Positions 39,201 to 51,200 of a stretch of 64,000 nucleotides of DNA are shown here, piece by piece (position 1 is the stretch's first letter; each line of letters opens with the position of its first letter). Location of the stretch: the NCBI GenBank assembly GCA_012295275.1, contig CM022668.1, positions 930,001 through 994,000 of the forward strand. Reading direction: 5' to 3'. Below the pieces are notes generated by a model. That model was not told where the DNA came from, did no database searches, and saw nothing but the letters and a program-made list of their open reading frames with translations. This stretch comes from Chrysomallon squamiferum (Eukaryota > Animalia > Mollusca). The position numbers and the translations under genes were made by a program.

Positions 39201-42200
39201 TTGAACTTGAATATTGTTCCATCAACATTCAACTGATGATCAGTTATAATTTGTACTATTAATTGTTATATTTGATTAACTTGATTCAGTAACTTCAGTT
39301 GATTAATTAATTGTGTTAATCAAGGGATACCTAAAATAAATATGTATTATTAAAACTGATTTAAATTTAAAACTAACATTATTTATATTTTAGTTCCACC
39401 AAAGCTGCCATTTGATTCTCCAAAATTCTCTGCTGTAATGCCAGAGAGTTTGACATTGTCATGGCAACCAGCAAGAATTCCTGCATATGCTGTGAAATGT
39501 CCAATCACATACATTGTAGAAGTGAAAGAGCCACTGTCCACCACCTGGCGCTGTCTTGCTAGCAATCTGACTCAGCCAAAATACTTTGTTACTGACCTTG
39601 ACCCCAGACAAGATTATCATTTTCGTATCATTGCTGAGAGCAAGTTCGGAGTTAGTGAACCATCTTTACCTGCAACACTGACACGGAAACGAGGCAAGTT
39701 TGAAACAGCACTAACCTGATTAAAGTGTATACCAAAACATGTATTATCTTCCAAAACAGTTTTTTAAAGTTTGAACTAGCAAAATAATATTGAATAAACC
39801 AAATATTTTTTGACATTAATAATTATAAGAAATAAGTCTGTCATGTATATATGTGTTGTGTTGTGTATGAGTCTGGATTCATTAAGATCTTCTGGAATAT
39901 CTTGACATTATAGTTTATTTTTTTCCAAGACATAAGCAAATATTACAAATATGTTTCTTAACTTAAAAGTCAAGAGAAATAAGCCACATTCTGGGGTTTT
40001 TTCTCTAGTTGATAATCTGGTAAATAAATAATTACATTTGTATCCGCAGCATCCCTGACTAAAACACCATCAAAAGAAAGAGAAGATCTAACTTTACAAG
40101 CCACATCATACATTGACTCCATTACTGCTGGAGGTGAGTGTAATATGGATACATAGTAACTAAAAGTAGACAGTGAATGGATTTAGCTATTTTAAAGAAA
40201 AACAGTGAGAGCTTGTTTTAAAATACCTATCCATCTTTTCATCAAAGCTTGTCCTTTATTAGTAGTATTTTAGTTATTTGTTATTCTTAGAAATCTCTTC
40301 ATTATTCTAATATTTTGTAAGCTTTTTTTGATATAACAGTAACCTCTTTGATCAGTATAAATTGTTGAAAAATAAATGAGATCCGAAATTTCTGAAAGAT
40401 ATTGTTCATGATGTGCTGAAAGAAGGATTTAAAAAAAATTGTATTTTAATATGTTTTGACCCTTTTATACATTATTTCTATGAGAAAATATTGTCCTTTT
40501 CATTGTTGTTTTTGTTGTTTGTTTTTGTTTAAATTGGAAAACTGAAGAGACAACACATTTTTAAAAACAAACAGATCAACCTAAAGGCATAAACATCGAG
40601 TTTGCCTGTAATTCTTTATACTTTAGAATTTATTTTTATTATAGTTTTTATTACTTTATTCATTTTTAATTAACAGTTTATAAATCTGTGGACAATGTTA
40701 GATGCGACATAAATAAATTAAAAATTACAATGAAAATGTTATTTCATTCTAGTTCCACCTAGAGTTCCAACTGGCCGGCCTGTTATATCTGAGGAAACAG
40801 AAGACAGTCTTCTTTTGTCATGGTCACCAGCACGGATGCCATCTTACCTGCAGTCTACTCCAATCACGTACATTGTCGAGGAACGAGAACTTCCTACTAA
40901 CCTGTGGCGGCGCATTGTTGAAGGTCAAAGTGACACAAACTTCAGAGTGACAAATCTCAGATCTGACCAAGAGTACATGTTCAGAGTACGAGCTCACAAT
41001 GAGTTTGGTACAAGTGAACCCACCCTGCCAGTTTCACTCTACAGAAAGAGTGGTGAGTGGTTTTGTCACTTCAGAAATAAATTGAGGAAAGTGATATCCA
41101 TATTTCTTCCTTATTTTGGCATAGATTTTCTTTTTAATAAAATTCATTTCCATCTGAAATTGTATGGTATCCATTTTCATTTGTAACTGAATATCTGTCT
41201 CTGACAGTGATGTTTATATTGAACAGAAGAGCTGACAAATTAATAATTCAAGTTATGAAACTTTATTTTCTTTTCTTTTTTATCTGTTACTATAGCAGTA
41301 TATTTAGACAACTATTTATTCTCTTCATCAGTAAGATACCCAGTCATGGTGTATCAGTAAAGTGACAGTAATTTGATTTCAACCATTTCAGGCTCACCTC
41401 CCCGGCGTCTGAGTCACTCTAAATCTAGAACACGAAGTATTAGTCCAAGAAAAGGATCAATTAAAACTGAAGACACTGAGTTCCTTAAACCATTCTACAA
41501 ACATGGCACAGGTAACAATGACTTGTAAGACTTTTCAAAACAAAACAAAAATTATATAAAGGTTAGTGCTGTAAGAAATAAATAAATTTTATACTACTCT
41601 TAAAAAAAATCTTTCTGATAGGAATAGAAAAAAAATTATGAGAAACTGCAATAATTCTATTCTTTTTAACACTTCAGTATATAATAAATATTAACTTTAT
41701 TGCAAGACATATATTACATATAATAATATTATTATCTATGTTAACATACATTTCTTATAATAATAACATTACTGTGAGAGAAGGAAACTGCACGTATGTA
41801 TATGTATATATCCAGAATACACCAAAGTTTATTATTTATTTCAGTTCTTGTACCTACTTTCTCAAAATCAAAGCCATTGGAAGCCATTCAGTATGGAGTT
41901 TTGTCTCATCCTGTGAGGATCTCTTTCAATATTCAGGCCTCTCCTGAACCAACTATTACCTGGTTTTTCAAAGGAGTAAAACTGGATTGTGGAGATCGTT
42001 ACAATTCATACTTGACACCTGGAGGTGAGGTGGTTCTAGAGTTTCTTGATCTAGGATATGATGATGTTGGACAGTACAAGATACTAGCAGAAAATGATGA
42101 AGGGTCAGCTGAACATACTGTGTATCTGGAAATAGCAGGTATGAGTAAATTAATGAATATATCTATTTTATTAGTTTAAACCTTAGTTTCTTGATAGGAT

Positions 42201-45200
42201 GGGTACCTGATCATTTTTGAGCACTTGTTGGAATGGTAGATTGTGTAATCTGTAAGGCCTCAGTCTAGCTTTTTAATTACAGAGTTAATTAATTAAAATA
42301 CAAACAGCACTTTGTAAATATTTAGTTTATTTGTTTGTTTGCAACCTTCGTCATTGTCTTTGGAAACTGCAATTAGATGTATTAATTGGCAACTCAAAAA
42401 AAATTCTGTATTGGAAGGAAGATCTGTGGACTGTATTTAATCATTTTTTTACTGCAAACATATCAAGTATTACTGATACACCACTGAAGCTAATTTACTT
42501 GCTGATAAACAAGAAAAAATATATTTGCAAATTGTAGCAATTTATTTATTTGTTTCAGATCCACCAACATTCATTGAGCCACTTAAAGACCTGACTCTTC
42601 TAACACAAAGTTCAGGCACTATGAACTGCAGAGTGGATGGACTTCCTGTACCAGCTGTCAAGTGGAACAAAGATTGGCATCCACTTGCTGAAACATCTCG
42701 TGTTAGAGTGAAACATGTTTCACCTGACCTGTGGTCTCTTGCTATCAACAATGCCAAGTACATGGATACTGGGCTGTATGAAGTGACAGCAGAAAACCTT
42801 GCTGGAAAAGTTTACTGTTCTGCTAAACTGGCTGTGGAAGGTTGGAATCTCTTCTTTTAAAAAAATCATCTGTTTTTATTTCTTATAATTTTATATGAAA
42901 AACTATTTGTAGAATAGTAAATGTTTTTGCTGTCTGTAAGAAGGTGCAGGTGTGGAAATAAATTGTCTAAAATTCATTTTCTGCACTTCCAAGTGACTTA
43001 TTTTATTTTGATAAAATGATAGTAATATTGCAAGCTTAAGAAATACAAAGTCATACACAAAAGTAAATGTATTTAATTCTTTCTAGACCAACTGCCATCA
43101 GTGTGTGACCTGGAGTTCAGGGAGGCAAATATCCTAGATGATTATTACATCCTGGAGGAAGTTGGCAGGTAAATATCAGAAATAAATTTTAAAATAAATT
43201 ATAAATCCTTTATATTTTAAATGTTTTTCAACAATCAAGATAATTTACAAATTAAAAAACACTTTTGACTGAAACTATATTTATTAAATACTTTTCAAAT
43301 TATAAGAACTAATTTTCAACAGATATTTTATTTGTGTTAAGTTATGATTTGCTGTACTATGTCACTTACATTGTTATGCTATGTTTTCTTATGTTATGTT
43401 ATTTTACATTATGTTATTTTATCTGTTGTTTAGGGGTCGACATGGCATTGTTCATCGTGTAATTGAAAAGAATTCTGGGAATGAATATGCTGCCAAATTT
43501 ATTCAGGTTAGAGAAGATTCTGACAAAGCTTTCTTCCGCAATGAGTTGGAAAACCTGCGATGTGTGCAACATCCCAGCGTCCTGTCTGTCAGAGATGCTT
43601 ATGAGATGTCCAAACAACTTATTCTGGTTACAGAACTGTATCCTGCACATTCACTCACCTAAAACATTACTGTCAGTAGAACCATTTAAGAAATAATAAG
43701 AACAACTGAATCTGCTATTTGTTTTTGTCTGATTACTTAATTAATGTTTTTGCACCCAACATCACTGTTCTTGGGCTGCCTTTTTCATAGTCCATGTTGA
43801 ACAGAACCACTTCACTGGTCATAAATTCTTTTACAGCTGCTGGAGACTGGAACCTTTGCTTTATAGTATGTTGCATGCTTTTTCCTTATACTTTCAAGTT
43901 GGCCTGTTTGGGTTGGAAGGGCAGGCAATGTGAAAAACAGTATAACTGAAGGTAAACAGATATCAATATTTGATCTAGAATAAAGATAACCTGGCTTTAC
44001 ATCTTCCCAGAAATATAAAATTTATGTCCATAAATGATATTCTTGAACAATTCTAGAAGAACAGATATCACCTACATATTACACCTACTGAGTTATATAA
44101 TAATAGGCTAGAAAAATGTTTTAGTTTTTAAATAACTTTTAAATATATCTGGAAATAAGAATTAGATATTTGGTTAAACAAAATTAAATAGCTTATATAA
44201 TACATACAAAAGATGAATTTATTTCCTTAACAAAGCTGAGGCTGACTGGAGGTGAGTATTTGAACAGTGTTATCAAGAAAGGTAACTGGACAGAAGGTGA
44301 TGCATCTTACTGTGTCAAACAACTTCTCGATGTTCTCAGAAATTTACACAGACTGAATATTGTTCATCTTGACTTGAAGGTAAGAAACTTCATTGAATTA
44401 TATAAATGAAGAAATTCTAAGTAGCATCATGTAATTTTCCTTTTATGAGGAGCATACAATACTCCAGGCCATGAGTTAGATCATTTCTGTTTGGGCAAAG
44501 TGAAAAAAACTTTATATCTAACCCACTTAGAGTAAACTTTGTATGGATTTGCTCTTTCAAACAATGCTAATCTATTTTCTACTGAAACTCCTAATGTTTT
44601 GTAATTCTTTATATGTTTAGCCATCAAATATCATGTTGGCAACACCAAATTCTGAAGACATCAAATTGATTGACTTTGGATTCTCACGTCTGCTACATCC
44701 CTCACGAGAAGTCACAATGAATTATGGAACACCAGGCTTTGCATCTCCTGAGCAAATTAACAATGAGCCAATCACAAAAGCTTCAGATCTTTGGTCACTA
44801 GGTGTTATTTCCCATGTGTTGTAAGTAAATATAGTCTGTTACAAGTAATTAACAACAAATACATAAGGGCAAACAGATTAATACATTCCAGTTGCTGATG
44901 TTGTTATTGAAAACAAATCTGAGAAATCTATGTCTATATGTCTATAACAGGAGTGTATTATCTCTATATGTATTTTGGGTATATTTATTTAAATTCTAGT
45001 ATTAAACCTAATTATATTTTATAAACAAATATCTATTCTCTAACTAACTTAGTTATAATATTGGAATTTTACTTTTGTAATATTACCTAGTATCAATTGA
45101 CATGTAACATGTAAAATATATAACCTGATTACTTATACATTTATATATAGGTTAACTGGAAAGTCACCTTTCCATGCCAGAAATGTGTCAGAAGTACTGC

Positions 45201-48200
45201 GTCAGTCAGAAAACTGTCAGTTCAGTTCAAGTGCCTTTAGAAATATATCTCAACAAGCAAAAGACTTCATTTCAAAACTTCTCAAGAAGAATCCAAGGTA
45301 AATTGATTATTTTAAAAACATTAAATAGTGGTGTTCACAATCATTGTCAAATGCAAAGGATGTGAAAGTGTTACAGATATCTCCTGTGTTTCTAAAAGAT
45401 CAAAGTGAAGATGATAACAAGAAGCTTTAGACTGGCTAGATACAAACAATTATACTAAATCTAAACTGTTTTTAAAATGTAATCTTAAAATGCAGTTTCC
45501 ATTAGGTTGTTATTTTGAGATTTTTTCCAATTTTCCAGTGACAGAATGAGTATTGATGAGTGTCTGTCTCACCCATGGATTGTGGAGGGTGCCATTAAAG
45601 GCCAAGGTTTAAAAGTTGACATCAATAAAATTAAAAATTATCTAGCAGCAGACAAAGCAGAGGTAAGTTAATTATGTGAAATTTTACAAAAAAAGTTTTC
45701 ATTTCTAGTATCAAAAATATATCTGTAAAGAATTTTATTTTTATAACAGTTGAAGATCTCCTACATTTATACAAACTTATACATCTTGAAAATACCTACC
45801 ATAAATTTTAATGTCCTTTTAATACTACAAATGTTTAAAATGTTTAATATCTACTGAAATTTAATAATATATTTTTTTATTCCTTATACAAATATTTAGT
45901 AGCTACTGAAAATAATAAATGATGCAGTAAAGTATATAATTATATTGCAGAGACAAAAAGAGATGGTTCACACTGTTGCTGTGAGACAAAATCTCTCTCG
46001 TCTCTTGGATGGAATTGTGTATGAGAGAAATCTTCAGCCAGCAGTAGACAGGCTCACGAGACAACCAGTGTTTCCTAGATCCAAGGAATTTGGAGAATTT
46101 GTTGATAATCAAACACCGTAATCATTTGCAATTTCTTTTAAAATATATTTTTATATAAACATACACATTACAGTCAATCTGTGAAACCAGTCATTACATG
46201 AAATGCCTAAAAATTTCACTCATTTCATGAATAGCTGAAACAGTATCCAAGCATTGAATGAAATGAGCCAAAAAGATATGGAAAGAAAGACAGAATTAAT
46301 GTTTACATATTGACTATATCATAGTTCACAGGAAATCAGTTGTATTTGTAACAAAAAACTGTTCAGTCATGTAAGTACATTATACAATCATTACATACAG
46401 TGACAAAATGGGTTTAGGAAGTAGGAGTATGCAAAATACTGAGGGTTAAGGGGTATGGACACTGTAAGCCCCTCCATGAAAAATGTTTAGTAATGTGAAA
46501 AAGTTTTTTTTTTTATTATTGCTGGCAGATAATAGGAAAATAAACTGAGCTTGTTTTAATACAGAAAATGACCTTTATATGTTGTCAACAATCAAATTAC
46601 AGTGAGAGCCTGACCTACACTGAGGAATTTTGTTAACAGAAAGAAATGATTTTTAGACATTTCATGAAAGTTTTAAGCTTTACATAAAATGACTGATGGT
46701 CAGATGCATTACTTGAAATTGCAGAATATTTCAGGCATTTTGCAACTATTTTACAGATTGACTGTGTATTTGTATGTGTGTGTGTGTACATATAGGCATA
46801 TATATATATATATACATAATTTAAAAAATAATAATCAAAATTCAGGAAATAAAAATCTATTACAATAAATGTGATAAAATATTAATAGTAAAAACAACAA
46901 AGTAGCTACCTCCAACATAAAGTCTTACATAGCTCATTCTTATTCCTGATTTGTTTGTAAGTACACACAAACATCAAACTAAAATGAAATTTTAATTTAT
47001 TTGACTTTAAATTTGTATTAATAATTTGTTATTTGGATTTGAATGTTTTTCTATAAATACTGTTTTAGAATGTTGTATATACATTTTTCACTGAAATAAA
47101 CTAACATAGAAATCTATTTGTGTGTACTTCATTTAGAAATTTTCTCCATGTTAATCCATATCTAGGTATGACTGGCATTCAAGATTTGAGCAGAGTCCTG
47201 AGCGTGAGTCTCGACTCAGAGATGAGAAGTCAGAACCAGAAAGAGAAGTGTTGTCTTCTTCCATTAAAAAAGAAATAAAGTGGATGGAAAGCAGTAAATC
47301 AGTGAGACCAGACATTTCCAGACTGGACAGAAAAAGAACATCGCTCACAACATCAGATCAAGAAGGTTTCTTAGTTTATCATATTTACATATTGACCAAA
47401 GTTATATATTAAAAGTTTTAATTATTCAGATATGTGAAATTTAGTTGTATTCCTTTTTTGTTAGGAAGCCACTAATTTGTATCTGTAAGAATAAGAAAAA
47501 TATTCTTAATACATAACTTATCCAGTTAAATGATTACTTAATTTTCTACCATTCTTTGCTAATTGGAAAGAAATCATAAGAAAATGAAAATACATAATAC
47601 ATTTTTATACTGTTGTTTCATTTAAATGTCAGTATTAAAAGAAGCAAATTTTGTAGTACATTTTAATTCACAGTAAATATATTTTATTTTTAGACTCTGC
47701 TTGTCCAGTTTTCAGAAGCAAGCTGTCTGACATGTCCTTCCAAATTGGAGACAGTGTCATCTTGACCTGTCAGGTTGAATGCCCTCCAATGCCAACAGTC
47801 ACATGGTATCACAATGAAGAACTTATTCTCGAAGGAAGTCGAACTGTAACCAGTATCACTGAGGATGGTTTTATTTCACTAACTATTGTCAGTGCCAAAA
47901 CTTATGATGCTGGAGTTTACAAGTGTGTGCTTAGAAACAAATCAGGAAGAAGTATCAGCTATGCAAGACTTTATGTTGGAGGTAGATACTTTGTTGTTTT
48001 TACTATTAGTATATTATCACATTTATTGTAATAGATTTTTTAATTTCTGACTTTTTATTATTATTTTTTTCAACAATGCTTCTGAGCCTGGTATAGTCTT
48101 TCTTTACATATTTGGGCACAGATGATAAATTTCAGAAAACAGTATCCTGCCACAGTTGTATAAATAAAGTTTCATTAGCTGTGCAATAAATAGGTGCAAG

Positions 48201-51200
48201 ATGATAAGTGATTTAAAAGTATTATATTAACTTTTTTTTAATAATATACAAAGTTATTTGATTTCCATTCTTCTACTGCTTATTTCCCTTTATTCAAATG
48301 AGTGTCTCAGGTTATTTTACAAGAAGACTGTTTCTTTTAGAGATTCCAGATCGACCAGGAAGACCAGTTGTAACTCAGACTTCAGCAAATGAAGCTCTTG
48401 TTATCTGGGACACTCCCAGATTTGATGGCAGTTCCGACATCTTGTACTACAGAATTGATTTTAAAAAGTCAGGTTAGTTGTTCAGAATTTACATTTTACT
48501 CCAGCATATTTATTCTTTAGTTAAATTGTTTTCAGTGAAAGAAAATGTTTAATAATCACATCTTTAACAAATTTATTTAGCATTAGAACTATGAACTATT
48601 AGTATGAACTATATTTTATAGATATAAATAACCAGACAATAAAACATGTGCACTCCCCCTGTATAAATATAAACCAACATAGACACAAACATTCAAAATA
48701 AATTAGCCATAACTTAGCTATTAATGTATCTATTGTAGGAGAAACAAAATGGATACCTGCTGTTTTCACAACTAACGAATCAGCTTTGATTCGTAAGCTT
48801 GAACCAGAAACAGCTTATCGGTTCCGTGTGTGTGCTTTCAACAAGTATGGAGCAGGTTCTTTCAGCTGGTCCTCTGTAGAAGTAACAACAAAAACAAAAG
48901 GTTGGATGTATTGATTTTATACTATGTCATTTACATTTATTTTTAATAAAAGCAGTACTGTATCACTCATCCAATTTTAGATCAACTTCTTAGGTAAATA
49001 ACTTACACAACTAGACATATAGTTATTTAGTGTATCTTTGGCTGTATGAATAAATCATCTAATAAAGTGCTTTATATTTCTAAGTTTTTATTTGATTGTT
49101 TTGGGCATATTACACTGTTACAAAATATCTTAATGCTGCCAACTAGTCATCACATAGCGGACTAGAAGCAAGTTTTATCCAACATCTTTTGAAGTAAATT
49201 TAGAGCAAATCATTCTACCTTGACATCACAATAGAAAAATCATACTTCCCATTATTAATTAAGATTAGAAAGCAAAAACTAAAAAATGAAACTTTAAAGG
49301 ATGTAGAATATTGCACACTTTCTTATTTTAATATTAATCCATCTTTTGTCTATGCTCTTATCATAGACAAATTTATTTCAAGTATGTCCACTGAACTGTT
49401 TTTCACTGGTGACCTAGAACTACTTGATAAAAATACAGTTTTCCTGTGTATGGGAAGGCACACATAATGATACTTTGCTACTGTATAATCATCATTATAC
49501 TGTTGAAACTAATAAATGTTAATATCAATAACAATATAGTAAGATGATGTTAAACATTCAATTGTTTTGTAGATGCTGATTGTATTAGATCTGTTCGTGA
49601 ACTTGATCTTGAGATAACCTTGTCAAACCAATCTGAAAAGCCACCAAAATTATTGAAAACTGATTATGAATCAAAATCAGAACTGGTCATGGAAAAGTCA
49701 CCAGATACAGATTATAATTTTGGACCATTTATTTGGAAGTGAGTAACAAGATTTCTATATTTTTAATCCTTTAAATATATTTTAAAATATATTAACCATT
49801 TTAAAAATACACTGTTAAGTAAATTTGTAAAGTATTTTGCATGTACATAGTTGCATATATATTTGTATAAATGTGTGTTTGTCTGCATACATGTATATTT
49901 TTAAACAGTCGTTGAACAGAAGGATAAATATATTACATCTTACATATTTAATTATTATTTTTACATCTGCAGTGGAAAGTTTTCTCAGATCCAACATGTC
50001 AGTGACAAAGATAAGGGAGGAAACTTTGTGTGCAAGAAAGTAGTGAAGGATTCAGATAACTTACATGAATACAACATTTTACGTGAAGTGAAACACGAGT
50101 GTATTGTAACTCTAATCAGATGTTACTCTACATCCACTCACATTTATCTGTTTCTGGAGAGACTGGAAGGTGATAACATTGTCAATCACTTGACATGTAG
50201 AAGGAAATACACTGAGATTGCAGTTATCAGAATTATTACACAGGTTCGATATTTTCTTAATTCTCTAAAGATTTTATTTCAGGCTGATTAAAAGTAAAAT
50301 ACTGGACAGTTTGAAGTATCTAATAACAAGATTAAAATATACAAAATTATGAAAGACAGTTATTTGATAATTAAAAAATCAGAAGATGTCAAAAAGATTT
50401 TATCTGTTTAAACTAAGATTAAAAACAACTCTGATTCATTTATTTTGTTTTAATGAGAAACAAAGTTTAATAGACAGATTATTTATAATAACATTTATAA
50501 TAACAGATTTTTAGTGATAAAACAGAAATTATTTATTGTAGACTTTAATAAATATATTTATTTTTAAAATTAGCTATAAGTTATATTATATATGTGTGTA
50601 TGTGTTTGTGTCTGTGAGTGTGTGTCCAGACAAACCTTGTTTAACAGTCACACAAGAAACTTCACAAAAGTGTCGATTATAGACAGGTAACAGTTATATA
50701 CAGGCCCATGGCTTAATAAAACAACTTCAACCTATATTTCAATTTTCACAGACAAGGACAAATATCTTTATGAGAAGTAGCATTTTTATTTTATACAAGA
50801 ATTTCCATGTTAGTAAATAGTGACAGTACAGAAAAGATTTTTGTTCACTTTTTAATAAAATACATATGAATGTTTATGTATTTCTGCAGACATAGTTTTA
50901 TGACAGATTTAACATGTTTACCTGAGTGATGTAGTAATTTTATTGTTATAATAATTGTTAATACTGTCTGTTCACTTTTTTATCAGCTGTTGAATGGTCT
51001 TCAGTATCTTCACCATCTTGGTATTGTACATCTCAATGTTCAGCCCAGCAGTGTGGTCACTGTCAGCAGACAGCATCTTCACATCAAAATTATAGACTTC
51101 AGCCTGGCCAGGAGACTGAAAAATGGAGAAGATGAAGTATTTCCAAGAGCTGGCTATCCTGATTTCCATGGGTATGTATAATCATTGTCAAACTAGTTAT

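Noticed and set aside
27693-41052. Dscam-style mutually exclusive exon cluster, or a separate twitchin/titin gene
   Set aside because: Exons chain in frame with normal introns and I saw no docking/selector elements. The flanking DH-PH and double kinase fit obscurin/UNC-89 better than twitchin.
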